NCBI GenBank assembly: GCA_003971905.1
Contig: RSEE01000082.1
Span: forward strand, 1 to 64,000
Source of the DNA: Moniliella sp. 'wahieum'
Taxonomy: Eukaryota
Reading direction: 5' to 3'
Length of the DNA stretch: 64,000 bases
Within the stretch, counting starts at the first letter, position 1; the number at the start of each line of letters is the position of its first letter. Below the pieces are notes generated by a model that saw nothing but the letters and a program-made list of their open reading frames with translations, searched no databases and was not told where the DNA came from. Positions 35,561 through 49,692 of this stretch are shown piece after piece. The translations under genes and the position numbers were made by a program.

Positions 35561-36301
35561 GCTGGGTGGCGGTGGTGGGAGCAAGGCGGGGAGAAGGAGG
35601 AGCGGTGCCGGTTTTTTACTACGCTCAGCGGGGCGGCCTGGGGCTCAGCGGTGGGCCGCAGCGCGCGACGCGTGATGGATGCCGGGGGTGGGGGCTGCGC
35701 ATTACCTCATCAGCACGCTGCGGGGCGCAGGCCGACCGACACAGCCCCCGCAGCCAGCAGATCCAACACTGGTGTTGTGCCTGGCATATCACTTGTCGCA
35801 TGCCACATGTCACGCCACCTATAGCACACGTCACCCTGTCAGCACCTGCCTCACATCCTGTGGGGTTTGCTTGGGAGCTGCTGGTTTGGGTTTGGCCTCC
35901 AGGTACGAAGATGACCCCGAGAGGAGCTCGAAGGAGTCATGCGACCAGCTCACCATGGATTGGATCTTCGCCGCACATGCGCTCTCGCGTCCTCCTCCCT
36001 TGGGCCACGCACGCAGGGAGGGGCGACGGCGTACACGACGCAGAGGGGGGCCACGCTGCGTCGGAAAGGCGTCACGCGTCACGTGCGATTCCGGGCCTGA
36101 CTCATGTACTCAGTACTACTCAGTCTGAGTACTCATGGCTGGCTGGCTGGCTGGTTCGCTGCAATACGTGCACGTGCACCCACCAAGCCCTGGCGGCCAT
36201 TTATCCCCCCCGCAGATATTATCTCCGAGCGCGCGGGTTGCCACTGGTAGCGTCCGCCCGCATCGCCGCCATCCGTCGTCGTCCTCGCTGTGGCCACCGC
36301 C

Positions 36302-38125
36302 ATGGACTCGGTCGCGTTCGATCCCCCCTGGCGCACCACACCTTCCGCGACAACCCCGCCCTCGTCCCGCTTGACGAAAGCCCGTGACCTATGCTGAGCA
36401 GCAGTGGGCTGCTGCGCGGGCACAGGAACAGGCACACCCCGCCTCGCTTCGCCCCCAAGCGGACGTGGCTTAGCCGCCTCGTCTTCTGCTGTCGCGGCCG
36501 ACCCCGAGTCTGGAGAGCGGGCGGTGGACCGAAAAGCCGCGTCGCGGGCGCAGGAAGAGATTGCGCTGGACGACCTGGGGGTCAACCTTGGTCCGGCTGT
36601 TTCCTCCGTCTCGACCGGCACCACCCTCCCCCCCAAGCCCAACTGCCAAGTACCGCCGCGACGTGTACGAAGACGACCTGAGCTCGTGGCGCGCGTGGAA
36701 GACGTTGGCCCAGGCGCGCCTGCTTCATCTCTCCCCGCCTGGTTCAGCGTGACGATGGGCACGGGCATGTTGGGCAACTTGCTCCTGCTTGCGCCCTGGG
36801 AGAATGTGCACAGTGTCCTGCGTTGGGGGACAATCTTGATCATGCTCAACTGCATCATGTGTGTGCCCTCTCCCCCTCACCTACCCCGCGCATTGGATTG
36901 ATTGGCATGGATTGCTGACACGCTCATCCACAGATTCTGCCTTTTTACGCTGATGATGGTCGTGCGCTACGCGCTTTTCCCTCGGTCCTCCGCCTCACCT
37001 TGACGCATTCGCAGCAATCGCTCTTTCTTGGCACGCCGGCGATGAGTGCGTTCGATCTATCGCTCGCCTTGTTCGTCTACTGACTGCACTTGACTGTCCT
37101 CGCAGGTCTGACCACCACAATCACTGGGCTTTTGGCCGTCGGCGAGGCATTCAACCTGCACGGCCTTGGCACCTACACGCAGGACAATTATCCCACCCTT
37201 GGAATCTGCATCGTCGCTTCCGTGCTGTACTTTTTCACCATGATCGTCTCTCTTACTGTCGCGATCGGGGTGCCGTGGAGCATGATGACGTGGCAAACGC
37301 ACACCCTGAGCCAAACCACTGCCTTGCTCTTACTTCCGATCGTGCCGCCCATTACCGTGGGCAACGCCGGGGGCAGCTTTGCCGACCTGCTCCAGCACGC
37401 CGCTGAGGGCCATCGTCTTTCTTCGCCTGTTGTCGCGGAACGTCTGTGGTCGTTAGCGTGGACCATCACGTTATTCAGCTATGCCCTGATGGGCATTGGT
37501 CTCTTACTCGCCTTGTTCATTCTTGTTCTCTACTTCCAACGCCTCATCCTCTTCAAGGCACCTCCTCGAGAAATCATCTTGAGTGTCATGCTCCCGCTCG
37601 GGCCGTGCGGGCAAGGTGCCGACGGACTGATCCATCTTGTACGTCCGTCCTACTGTGGCTTACTGCACCCGTTCCCTGATCCGTTTGACCAACCTACTTT
37701 GCATGCAGGGTGCCTCAGCCTCTGCGCTTATCCAGCACACGAGCGCCGAGCACGGCGCTCGACCTGGGCGTGGGGCTGGGCGTGGGGCTGCACGCGGCGG
37801 GTCTACTGGCGGGCCTTCTGCTCTGGGCACTGGGACTGTGGTGGTTATGTCTGGCGTTACTGACGATCGGGAGGGAACGGTACAAGGGCCAATTACCTTT
37901 CAACATGGGCTGGTGGAGCATGACGTTCCCCACTGGTTCGCTCTGTATGGCCACGTCGCGACTCGCGCTCACGCTCGATTCGCAAGCGCTCCGAATCGTC
38001 TTTGCCCTCTCGGTCGGGCTCAACGCGTGCATCTGGGCCATCTGCATGCTCCCACCCTGCGTGGATTCTTGACGGGCGAACTGTTGATTGCGCCTTGCAT
38101 CTCCAACGTCTCCTTGCGTCCGTAA
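36302..38125 (+). CDS. TDT/SLAC1 family transporter (Ssu1 sulfite efflux / Mae1 malate permease-like), multi-exon
   Basis: PAWFSVTMGTG, QSLFLGT, TALLLLPIVPPITV, YFQRLILFKAPPREIILSVMLPLGPCGQG, PFNMGWWSMTFP.G, GELLIAPC; introns near 36860-36933, 37046-37105 and 37639-37708. Confidence 0.88.
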
Positions 38126-41100
38126 TTCGTGGGGCGTGGGGCGTGATGCTTGATGCTTGAGAGACGGGAGTGGGAGCGGAATCCAGTTCGAGCGGGGGGC
38201 AGAATCCCAATCATCGATGGCGTATCTTGTGCCTTACCACACTGTTCACACAATGGGGGAACAAGAAAGCGCCCACCCTGGGACGCATGTTGCCATACAT
38301 CAGGCAAATGTCCGCCCAACATCATCGATCATCGACGGCACAGCTCCCCGAGCCCGGTCGGACTATGGCGGCACCGCAGGCCATAAAGCGTACGAACGTG
38401 AGGGTTCAACCTTCACGGTTGGTGAGCACGACCGACGTCTCCATGTAGAAGAGCAATTTGGGGCATATCATACGCTCGTTTCTAGCCCGTTCTTCTCGGT
38501 ACAAGTGTTTTGCGCCCGTTCTTCTCGGTACAAGTGTATTGCAACCCGTGTAAGTGGTAGACGTGTTGGGTGTTCTCGTTTGGGAGCGTATATAGTAACT
38601 CCTCGGTTAGATTCCATGCCTTACAGTCTATGATCAAAGGGCAGAGAAAACAGATCCTCCACATGGAAGGCAGGTTGACGAACGGTGTATACCATTACAT
38701 CATTCTGTGATCAGGAAACAATCAATTAAGGCACCCATCCGGAACTTAAGTGTACGTTGAAGAATGATGGAATCCGCGAATCGGGATTGGGTCGTCCCCA
38801 AAGCGGATGCATGGTAGCCTATGGTGGGTCCCAAGGGTTCCCACCCAGCCGGACCGCTGGTACCTGGTTGCGAATCGCGACTGCTTCTCTGTTCCAGCCA
38901 CGCCAACGCGTCCCAGTCCCGCCCCAGGGCTGGCAGTGGTTGTCCTGCGCTGTCTCTTCCGCCCATCTTTCAGTCCCAGCGGTTTCAGATACGGTACTAA
39001 AGCACTACAAGAAAATCTCTATCTAACGGATCCCTTTTCTCTTGTGTACACCGCGGTCATGCTACATTTGCATGTTCGTTGCTTCTGTTGTAGTACTGCG
39101 GTACCGCGTGACAGGGGGAGTCTAGTAGCTGGACACGACTGCATGCACAATCCAGAGCGTTTTCTCCACCGGTACCCGAGTCCTCGTCGTGGTCCTCATC
39201 CGTCGAACGCACCGCACGTACCGGTTATAAAGCCCACTACAACTTGTGTGAACTTGCCATTATTTTGTCCCGCATTCGTACACGAAGCGGAGCAAATTCC
39301 ACTGGAATACATATCAGATCCAGGGTAGAGAGGAGGAGAGACGGCGGGCGTGGCTGTTTCCAGTCGCCAGGCGTTGCCACTTGGTGAGTTGGGCCAATGG
39401 GGGCCGTGGGGGCTGAGCCTGAAGAGCGATAGCGTCCGATGTGATGTGATGTGATACGATTGTCGATTGAATATTGAACGTTTGAACGCTCAACATGCTC
39501 AGCGCTCAGGTTGAACATTGAACGTTTGAACATTCTGTTTACTTTCAGCTTTGGGCGCCCCGAACATGGACGGCGAGCACGCCATTCCAATGCCGTTCCC
39601 AGATCTCAGGCTGAGATCTCACCGATCTCACCGATCATCGATCATCGACCCGGAGTGTCGGGAATTGGATGCACAAATCTGAATCACTACACGCGACACC
39701 CAAGGCAGGTTACCCAGTACAGCAGGGTACAGCAGGGTACGGCCGGGGGCGGCAGTGTCAGGTGGTCAGGGCATGTCATGCATGTCATGGGATGCATGTC
39801 ATGCATGTCGTTGGCTGCACCGCATGCACCGCCTGTGCAGCAGGAGGCACTGCAGCGCATCAGGGCGCCCTGGGTCGCCCAGGTGGTGTAGTCTGGTGTT
39901 GCTGTGCGAATTTTCCGCTGCGTGAATCGATACTGATGAATCAGGGTTGCCGTAGGTCATAGGCTAAGATCTTAGGCCTTTGGCCTTAGATCTTAGACCT
40001 TGTGAATATGAAACGGGGCATGTGTGTGTGACGCCATACGGCCGGAGCGCGGATCCGCCTTAGTACGCAAGCCTGCGTCAGCCACCCATTCCCTACCTAC
40101 CCTCTTCCCCTGGCCTGGCCTCACGCCCTCACGTCTCCCCGGTGGAGGGGGCGCAGCGGAGGCCCAGGTACTAGATAGCGGCCGAAAGCCCTCAGGCCTC
40201 AGTCCGCAGCACGTCAGTCTTGGCTTTCTTCACTTTCAAACTAACAAACAATCTGCGCTGACAACTGTCTGTGACATTGGACTAGAGGGACTGTGATAAG
40301 AAACTCTGTCCAGCGACTAGGGCCTAGGGCCTACCTGGTAGGTATACTGGTCCTGTCCCTGATCTACCTGACGTGTATCTGCGACATTGGGCATGTGCCA
40401 TGAGTCACTGGTCTCTGCAATGCAACGAAGTGATTCATGATGCATGATGGATGCATGATATGCGACACGACACCTGATGCATGTGAATCGCTGAGATCCG
40501 ACCCACGGTGCACGCGACGGATACTTCTGCTTAGGCTAAGCTTGGCGCTAGCTAATTACTCTGGTTCTACTATCAGTTTGGGTGCACGGCAGCCCCGTTC
40601 CGCCTCGATTCCGCCTCTTCCTGTTGCGCCTCTGGGCTGCCTTCGTATGATTACATCCGCACCACTTCCTGCCCTGCCTTGGTCGCCAGCGCCGCCCACG
40701 CACGTACTAGATACTCGCTACTAGTTACTAGTTGCTGCAGATGTTGTCACCGCAATGCCGTCCCTCGCAGGCCGTACAGGCCGTACATAGCTCCCGGGTA
40801 TACTGTTGAACGTACGCGCGTACGGGCGTACGTTGAAACGTTGAACCGTGTACCGTTTATCAACGTCGGACATTCAGACTCGGCGCTATATCACCGGTCG
40901 CAATCGACCTCATGCACCATGCATGTCACCATGTCACCGGTCACCCCTGTCGCGGTTGTTGTCCGACTTTCCCCTATCTCTCCCGCATGCACTCTGAAGC
41001 GTTAGTAGTTAGTAGTTAGTAGTTACTATGTTACTCGTCGTCGCTCTTTCTTATGAACGTAGTAAAATTCTGCTCTCCAAGCCACGTAGCGGTCGCCCCC

Positions 41101-43766
41101 ACGTCAAGCACCCATCAGATCTCAGAGCGTATCAAGTGTGGTCCGATGGCGTTTTGTGCACGCCAAGCGAAAGTGGGCACGTATATACCCCTACCATCAC
41201 AGTACGCACTTCGCTCGCCCGCCTCCGCCGCCTCCTCCGCCTCCGCCGCCACTGTCTTGTTACGGGGTGACAGATGATAGTACCTTGGAGGTAGTAGGAG
41301 TGCATGATGCATGTCGCGCCAAATGTGGCTGAGCAGGCGGAGGGGCAGCCGCAAGAGGGTCTCATAACTTGCGTAACGCGTAACGTGTCACTATAGTAAC
41401 TAGTAACAGGTAACTAGTTACTGACCCGAAACTTGTACCATTCTGCTGGTCCAACGCTCAGCATATATTGTTCAGAGCGTTCCACGTTACCAGTTGAATG
41501 AATTACCAGTGACTTACTCATGCCAAGTTCATCGTGAACGTGAACTGAGTTTAACGTTTAACGTTTAACGTTTAACGTCAACGCGTCAACGTTCAACGTT
41601 CAACGTTCAACGTCAACGTTCGTTCAAACGTTCCTTCCCCGTCCGCGTCAACGTTTCGAATCAACGTCAATGTGGTTCGGTACGTTCAGTACGTCCAGGA
41701 CTGTAATAGACTGGACTCAGTACTCAGTACCAGTACCAGTCCTCCGGGCGACCCAAGTTCTACGAGCTAAGTGCCTGTCGCCTACGTACGAAAGTGTTCG
41801 ATGATAATGATTCCATCGATGATGCCATGACGTATTCTATATTCTCTTCCATCTATCGACTTCATCACGCGTCGTCGGTGATCTATCCCCGACCCACTAT
41901 GCACCATGCTTGCTGCATCTTCACCGATAAGCCAATCACTGCGGTGGCGTATTGTATGCATGATGCATGATGCATGATGCATGATGCATGAGCATGACAT
42001 GCATGACATGCACATGCGACACGCGCAAGCCAGACAGCGTCAACTTGGGCCAGAGGATGTGTGGTTGGATCTTGGACGACATAGGATTCAGATGATTCAG
42101 ATCTGAGATGGGCCAACGTTGGACGTTGGCACCCTTAGTTGGCAAGGGTTGGTGAAGCTTGAAGGCGTTGAGTTGCAAGAAGCTTAAAAGCGTGAAGCAA
42201 AAGCATCAAGCTGCGCACCCTGAACGTTCAGCTGAACATCCTGAACGAAGCTCACAGCGATCCGGGACGTGGGATCGCTAGTTCACTGACGAGGTCATCA
42301 TCGACATTGCCATGTGGGGCAGTTGGGGCGCGCGCGCAGAAGCGACAGAATGCCGGGGCCCCTAAACGCTATGCTGTATGCCCGACGCTCCAGGAAAAGA
42401 GACAACAAATGCCCGACAGTGCAAGTGGTAGTGATAGTGTACAGGTAGGCTCCTGTGCCAAACGGCATCGACGTCATCTCCCAGGCAGACGGGTCACCGG
42501 TCACCGGTCAAGCTTCAAGCAGAGTGGTACCGGCATTGATACTGGGGACTACACCCGAAATCCCAGTAAGGAAGGAGAGCACTCAGATTGAATATTGAGT
42601 ACTGAGGTTGGGTAGACCAGACCGAGAGTAACAACACTACTGCTTGATCAGCCTCTCACAGATTTCAGGTCTCCATCACAGCGCCAGCTTTCCCCATATT
42701 GATTTGATCGCGCTGAGGATGGGAGATGCGATAGTCGGCGATAGCAGGCCGGTGTGGATGGGCTAGGTGCAAGTAAAACGGGAGTGGAACAAGAGGAGCT
42801 GGGAGCGATCGAAGAGCTAGGGGAGTGGTTAGGGGACGCTGGCCGACGGGCCCGGGGGGCGAGGAAGTATGATCCTGAGCGTGACCATCATTCATCGACC
42901 ATCGATCATGATCTGGGCGGACTGGTCCGCAGATCGGCAGATGAGACACCGGGAGCCCCATTCCTTGCTTTGCACCCATCACCCATCGTGCATCTCGCTA
43001 TCAAGCATGTCCAGCGCGGTGCATGTGAGATGTCCGGGAGGGCCACGGAAAGCACAGCAGCACACAGCAGCACACAGCAGCACAGCACGAGCAATCGGCG
43101 GGGGGGGCGCTGGGCTGGTGCAGAATTCCAAGGTGCGCGGCAGGCACGGCACACCCTGACACGAAACACCCGGCCGACGCCCGGCTGCGAACGCGCCTGC
43201 AAGGGTGCATGCCCAGAATGCATAGCATGCATGCGCAGCGCACAGCTGCGCCGGGCTCGTGCCCCGCCAGCATAGTGCATAGCCCGCTACATAGCCCGCT
43301 GCCAATCCGTCTCAGACACGCCTGCGTCGGACAGCGCTGTGCACACTGGTCCGGCGCAGGGGTGCCCCCCCGCACACAGGCGCCGGCGGGCGGGGAGTGG
43401 TTTGAGATTGGGGATGTGAGACAGGACCTTGGTTTGCGTAGGTTGCGTTTGGGCTGGGGCGTGCTGGGGCACAGCACGACCCAGCACGGCACTGCACGGC
43501 ACTGCTGCGGCGCCTGGGGGGGGGCCCGCGGCAGCATGTAAATGCTCCCTGCATTGTGCAGCGCATCTCCCTCCTTCCTCCGTCCCGCCCAGCCGGCAGC
43601 TGGTTATAGCGCTTCGCCCGCCGCCACCACCACCACCACCACCCACCCCGTCGCTTCCGAGCCCATCTCTGCTGCCTGCCCCCCTTATACTCCGCCCCCC
43701 CGCGGCCTCCCGCCTCTTCATCCACCGCCCACCTTGCGCCTCCATCCGCCCCCCCCACCTCCCACC

Positions 43767-45688
43767 ATGGGCAGCAGCAAACCCCAACTGCACAGCAACC
43801 TCGTTGGCCGCCGCATCGCCTCTGCGGCTCGACCTTGTCCTCCTCTGCGCGTATGTGTGGTCTACTCGCGCGTGACCTGCACCACCCGCTGCATGCCGAC
43901 CAGGCGCCGTGGGATGCCGCTGCCCACGCCGCGCTACCAACCTCGTGCGATGCGAGTGTGACCGGGCTGTACGCTGTTCAAGTGTCTCCACCGCGCTGGG
44001 CTCGAGGACCGCCAAAAGGCATTTCAAGAGCGGGAGATTGCGCTGCAAAGCCTCGCTGGCGCACATCCTGCGGTGGTGACGGTGTACCAGGTCGTGCAGA
44101 TGCCGAGTGCCTGTAGTCGTCATGGACTACTGTCCTGATGGGGACCTGTTCGCCATGATTACCGATGCCCAGCGGTACACTGTTCCCTCCCGCCTTGCGC
44201 CGCAGGCCGACCGAAACCATATTATGACCGCATGTTGTTGAGGACGACGAGTACTGGCGGGCCCGGATCGCCATGGACCAAACTATCAAGGCTGTCTTTA
44301 CCCAAATTGTCGATGCGGTGAGCTACTGCCACCAGTGGGCATTTACCACCGTGACCTCAAGCCCGAGAACATCCTCTGCCTTAACGGTGGCACGCGTTGT
44401 CCTTGCTGACTTTGGCTTGGCGAGGACGACCGACCAAAGTGGCGACTTTGGGTGCGGCTCGTCCTTCTACATGGGCCCGAGTGCCAAGGCGGCTTGGCCC
44501 GTCGTCTGGCCGTCGTACGATACGGCCGCTAACGACGTGTGGAGCTTGGGTGTCATCTTGGTCAACTTGTCTGTGGCGCAACCCTTGGAAGCAAGCTTCG
44601 GTCTCGGACGAAACTTTCCGAAGTATTGCGGCCACCCCAACTTTCTCCGTGAGATTCTTCCCATTTCCGATTCGCTCAACACCATTCTCAAGCGTGTCTT
44701 TTGCCCCTGCGCCGAGCAGCGGTGTTCCCTGGCCGAATTGGCTGCCTCGTGGCTGACTGCGACCGTTTGACCGCGACAAATGCCGACCTGAAGGCTCGTC
44801 AGGAAGGCCGACGCCGAGCCAGGCCCAGGCCCAGCCCAGCCAGACCTCGGTGCAAGCCAAAAAAGTACAGGAGCCCACACCAACCTCCCCCGCTCCCAAC
44901 GAGACCAAGGTGCGGTGTCAGAGAAACCGGTTTGGCACCGACCCAGGCCCAATACCAATGCCCTGGACACGCTGCAAGATCCCCACCGCGTGCGTCCCAC
45001 TCTTGTCCCCGAAACGGGTGTTGGTGCAGTGCCGGGTGCGTCGTCCGCCGTGCCGCCTCGGACGACGAACCGGGCCAAACCTGTGCCGTTGGTCCACCCG
45101 ATCCAAGTCCAAGTGGGCGGTACGTCAGGTCGGGGGAGGCAGACCGAGACGGAGAAGGAGACCGAGACTGTCGCACCGCTTTCTTCCCCCTTTTTGCCAC
45201 CGCTTGCTTCCCCCTCCCCCTACTCGTGTTCGCCCAGCACCAAAGCGTGTTCTCCTTCCAGCCCCGCGTCGCCAGCAAGCTGATCCTCGACTCGTCGGAC
45301 GGATGGCCTACGCCCAGCACACCAGCTTCCACTTACTCCACCGCCTCGCATACGGGCTACCTCCTACTCCACGCTGTGTACTGTCCCTCTTGCTCCTCCG
45401 TCCCTTGCGTCGGCCGCGGGCGAGAGGAACGGCAGCATGGCCGCGTTAACCCGTATGATGCAGCAAGGTAAACTGTCGTTGTTGGAATCGTTTGCTCCAT
45501 TTCCTGTACGAAGGCGACGCGATGCCGAAGGTCAGGCGGACCAGGTACCTGTACCTGTACCTGTACCTGTACCTGTACATGGACCTACTGCCTCCTTTGC
45601 CACCGGACCTGAATGGACATGCGAAGCTAAACCTCGTCTGGCCTACTCTGCCTTGGGCTTTGCCCCCGACGGCCGGTTGGGGTACTGA
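43767..45688 (+). CDS. Ser/Thr protein kinase, Ran1/Pat1 (Sks1/Vhs1)-like; heavily frameshifted in assembly
   Basis: VVMDYCPDGDLFAMITD, IKAVFTQIVDAVSYCH, IYHRDLKPENILC, VVLADFGLA, FGCGSSFYMGP, NDVWSLGVILVNL, RNPWKQAS, FLREILPIS. 3' end approximate. Confidence 0.87.
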
Positions 45689-46972
45689 ACTCTGAACCCT
45701 GACCTCTGAACTGGGTTCTTCCCTTGCGCTTGCTTATCTAGCACCCCTTTCCCGGATGCGCATTGGCCCGTCTCTCCTCTCTCGATATACACCCACGGGA
45801 CTTTTCGCTCCTCCCCCGACCGCACTCCTTTTCCTTTTCCACGCCTGTTCGCACCGGCGTTCGGCTTTGGCTTTGGTTGTGCTTTCCACGTCCCCGTCTC
45901 TGCATTCTTTCTTGTACACTATGCCATGTCATTTCTTGTTGGTCTCTCTCTCCTTGTGTTTCCTTTTGTTTCCCATTGAACTGTAACGGTTGGGCTTTGT
46001 ATATCGCGCATCTCGCTTCTCATACTACGGGTATACGTATCTTAATTAGCCTCTTCTCTCGGTTTCCTTGTGCATTGTTGCCTGCTGAGCGCCGAGTCTT
46101 GGTCAGGAAAGGTGCTGGTACCGTCAACGTCGTTGTAACGCAGGGTGTTCTGTTCCACATTCATTTCCGCTGTAGACCCCGACCCCGCAGCTGCGCTCTC
46201 GGCCCGTATCAGGCGATAGTACGAGTGCCTGCGATCAGCGATGGTAGGAAGGTGGGGTCATGCAGACACCATATTGAAGACCAGGTAGATGATCGTCATC
46301 GACCGCCCTCCTCTGAACCAGCTCTCACCCAGCTGCGCGGCTGGGAGGAGCCGGGTGGGAGGAGCCAGTGTACGTGGTGAGAATCGGTTGCTGTTGCAGT
46401 TACGGAAGCGGATGCGGATGCGACGGCAACCCCAAGCGATCCTGGTTGCCCAAGGGGAGGAAGAATGGGCCCTGGGCGTGACCTCAGGTGGACAACGGTG
46501 TACGCCCACCGTTCTGGTCTTGGCTTCACGCACATGTCACATGCTGAGATGAGGGAAGGAAAGGAACCAAAGGACCCGCGCCATGCGAGCCCCAGCTCGT
46601 GTCAGTGGGACTAACCTGTGGTACCTGTCGCGCCGCCCACACCCTTTCCCAACAGGCCGGACCAGGTCGGACAATGCTACGAGGACATGAAGGAAAGCGT
46701 GTGGATTGAAGGGAAATGAGGCGGGGAAAGAGTAGGGAAGAAAGCGGATTCTTTGCGGACCAGAGAACAGGACAAGTGCCGCCCACTGCAGTCCATGCGA
46801 GAAGACAGAAAATGGTCCAATGGGGAAAAAACAATCGAAAAAGGATAGGGTAGCAGCAGGACGGGCCAGAGGAACCGTACCCCGTACCCTGTACCGTGAC
46901 CCGCGTGCGTCCCCGTGCCCGTGCCCGTACCTAACCCGAGGAACAGGGGGGGTAAGAGTACGCTGCATCCCA

Positions 46973-48638
46973 TCAGAGATCCAAGTTGTCCGTCGGGATT
47001 CCCCTGCGGGTCCACATGCTCAAGGCATTGAGGTCCTCGGGGCCGCCCTCGCCTGCGATCAACTGTCCCGCCTGGGTTTGACGAATGGACCGGCTCAGAC
47101 CGAGAGATACCTTGATGGCCGGCGGTGTGGGCTGGTACTGCTTGAGTTCCCGCGCACGTCCGCCTTCGCGGTCGGGCAAGGTGGGTGCGGTGCTGGCGGG
47201 CGAACGGGAGATAGGACTACTGCCTTGTTCTTCGGGTGCTAGCACGCAGTCGCATCCGCTACACGTGCATGTATCTTTTGACTCTGTTGTGGGCGGTGCA
47301 GCGGTGGCCGAGGCGGGGGCTGTGGCGGTGGTGGTAGTAGTAGTAGTAGTAGTAGTGGGAGTGGCAGTGGCAGTGGGCGTGGCAGTCCACAGCTTGGTTG
47401 TCCTGGCAGCACGGTCAAGAGGGGAGGTGTGCTGGCCGAGCCCAACGGTTTCTGGTCGTCAGGTTGGTTGGCGATCAAGCTGAGCAAGTTCTCTCCTGCG
47501 ACGGTTGCTTGGTCCCAGGCCGTGTGGCCGGCGTTGATCGCGCCAAACGCATCGGCTACATCGCCAACGACAAATACATGTGGGTACCCTTGCAGCTGCA
47601 TCGTGGGCTGCACCACTGCCATGCCCGAAGAACTGATAGTGTCGGGCGGGAGGAAGTGGGTGTTGGCTTTCTGGCCAAGACAGGAGAGCTACAAAAAAGG
47701 GCAGATGTCAGGACGACAGAACACGCTCTACCGTGCACACGCACTGACCCACCGCGAAGTAGAGGGGAAGCAAGGCAAGGCAAGGCAAGGCAAGCGGATG
47801 TGGACGTACAATCAGATCAGCCTCCAGTTCTTGTCCGTTCTCCAATCGAACGGACTTGCAGTTAGGCGTGAGCGAGCGGAGGTCGACCCTAGATCCGAGG
47901 ACAAGCTTGACGCCCAACGCTTCGAGCGTTTGGCTGGCCTGGGTGTGCATCCAGGAATCGAAGCGAGGCAGCAGGGTGCGGCTGTGGGTCAAGGTGACCT
48001 GTTTGCTCGGGAAGCGCTCGGCAATGTCCCCGGCCAGTTGGACGCCCAATGCCCGCCGCCAATGACCAAGACCGAACCAGCGTCCTGGATGGCGCGTTGG
48101 GCTTGCTTAAGAAACGCAATGCCACTGAGTTTGCTGCCATTGTACGCCGCTCCGCCCGGGCCAGACCGAGACGGAGACCAGAGATTGATCGGGCTGGGCA
48201 GGTCCGAGCCCAGCGCATACACAATGTAGTCCGCTTGCAACCATCGCTCCTCGCCCGTCGCACCGCTGGCATCCAGCGGACGGAACCCCACCCGTTCTGG
48301 GCCACATCGACCGAGCTGATGCAAGCTTGGACCAAAGCGTGGCCGCCCTGCGACGGCGGGAGCAGAGTGGAGGCAGAGGCAAACAGCCGGTCGTACGGGA
48401 TGAAGACTTTGCGCTCGTGGCCAGTGACGACGGTCATGCGCGGCAGGGCGTAGAGGTGCGGGGCATGGGTGTTGCGCTCCAGGACAACGAGGCGCCAATG
48501 CGGCGGGAGCGAGGGCGCAAGGACCTGCACTGCCCGGTGGCCGGCGTACGAGGCGCCGAGCACCAATCGTCCGTACCCCAGCGGGAGGGAGAGAACAGCG
48601 TCGAGCTCCGAGGCAGACACGCGTCCAGCAGCAGCCAT
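46973..48638 (-). CDS. AMID/AIF-like FAD-dependent pyridine nucleotide-disulfide oxidoreductase
   Basis: LVLGASYAG, HLYALPRMTVVTGHERKVFIPY, ADYIVYALGS, SVLVIGGG..GVQLAGDI..FPSKQVTLTHSR..LLPRFD, HVFVVGDVADAFGAINAGHTAW, PPAIKVSLGL; intron ~47690-47808. Confidence 0.88.
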
Positions 48639-49614
48639 GGTGGGGGATGGAGATGGAGATGGAGATGGGGATGGGGGAGGAGGAAGGAGGGGGAGGGAGG
48701 AAGGAGACGGAAAGTGGTGGCAGGAAGAAGAAGACCAACAGGACCCAGACCGTAGGCGGGAACTACCGGAGTAAAGCCGATGGCATCTGCGCAGCCCGTG
48801 GACCACACCCGGCGGATCAGCCGCGAGAAATGATTCCTGAGGCGAAGAATGGGTGGGCAAATTAATTATCAGCTGGGATGCGTGGATGGGCTCGTACTAT
48901 GACTGGTTATCAGATGCGACCACATCGATGTCCGGCGACGATGGATGACAGCAGGCAGGATGATCTCTAGTGACTCGGTCACGGGTGGACGACTCAGCTG
49001 AGTTGATCACGCCTCGGCAAGCCCACCCGCCAAGCCTCCATCATGCATCAGATTTGCCACTCCCTCCCCCATGAGATCATGCGATGGGCATTTCATAGGA
49101 AACGGCACTCGCCACTCGCCTGCGCTCGCTAGCTGCTCACTGTGGCGGCTCTTCTTTCTTTTTGCCACCCCGTCCACACCCCCACCCCAGTCCAGCTCCC
49201 AGCCGCACAAGGCCGCTCGTCCCATCCCTCGCCCCACCCCCGCACAAGCCAACCACTCCGGACGCCACCCAGTACCCAGACGAACCACAAAAGAAGAAAC
49301 AAACTGATGAAACCAATTGTTTGTAATAGAAGCTTAACGGGTAAATCTGTGTTCTCCTTCCCTCCCACAGCCACGCTATTCCGCTGCCGCTCAGTTCTCC
49401 TTCCCCTGGACGAGAGGGACATGGCGCTGACGCCATGTCGTCACCTGTCATCCTGTCATCCTGTCATTCCCCTCAAAGTATCTGGATATCCGCCACCTCC
49501 GCTTTGCCCGAGGTACTCGCCTTCGCCGCCTGCAGCAACTCCAACGTAGACCGTGTTTGTTCTCACACCTGAAAAGGCATTCGAATGGATCAACGTCGGG
49601 GAGGATCAAGGATA

Positions 49615-49692
49615 AATGGCCCTCAATGGCCCCCTCAATGGCCCGCTCAATGGCACGCTCAATGGCACGCTCAATGGCACGCTCAATGGCCC
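49615..49692. repeat. 12-bp tandem repeat (CTCAATGGCACG)n, ~6 copies
   Basis: Directly visible. Confidence 0.9.
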
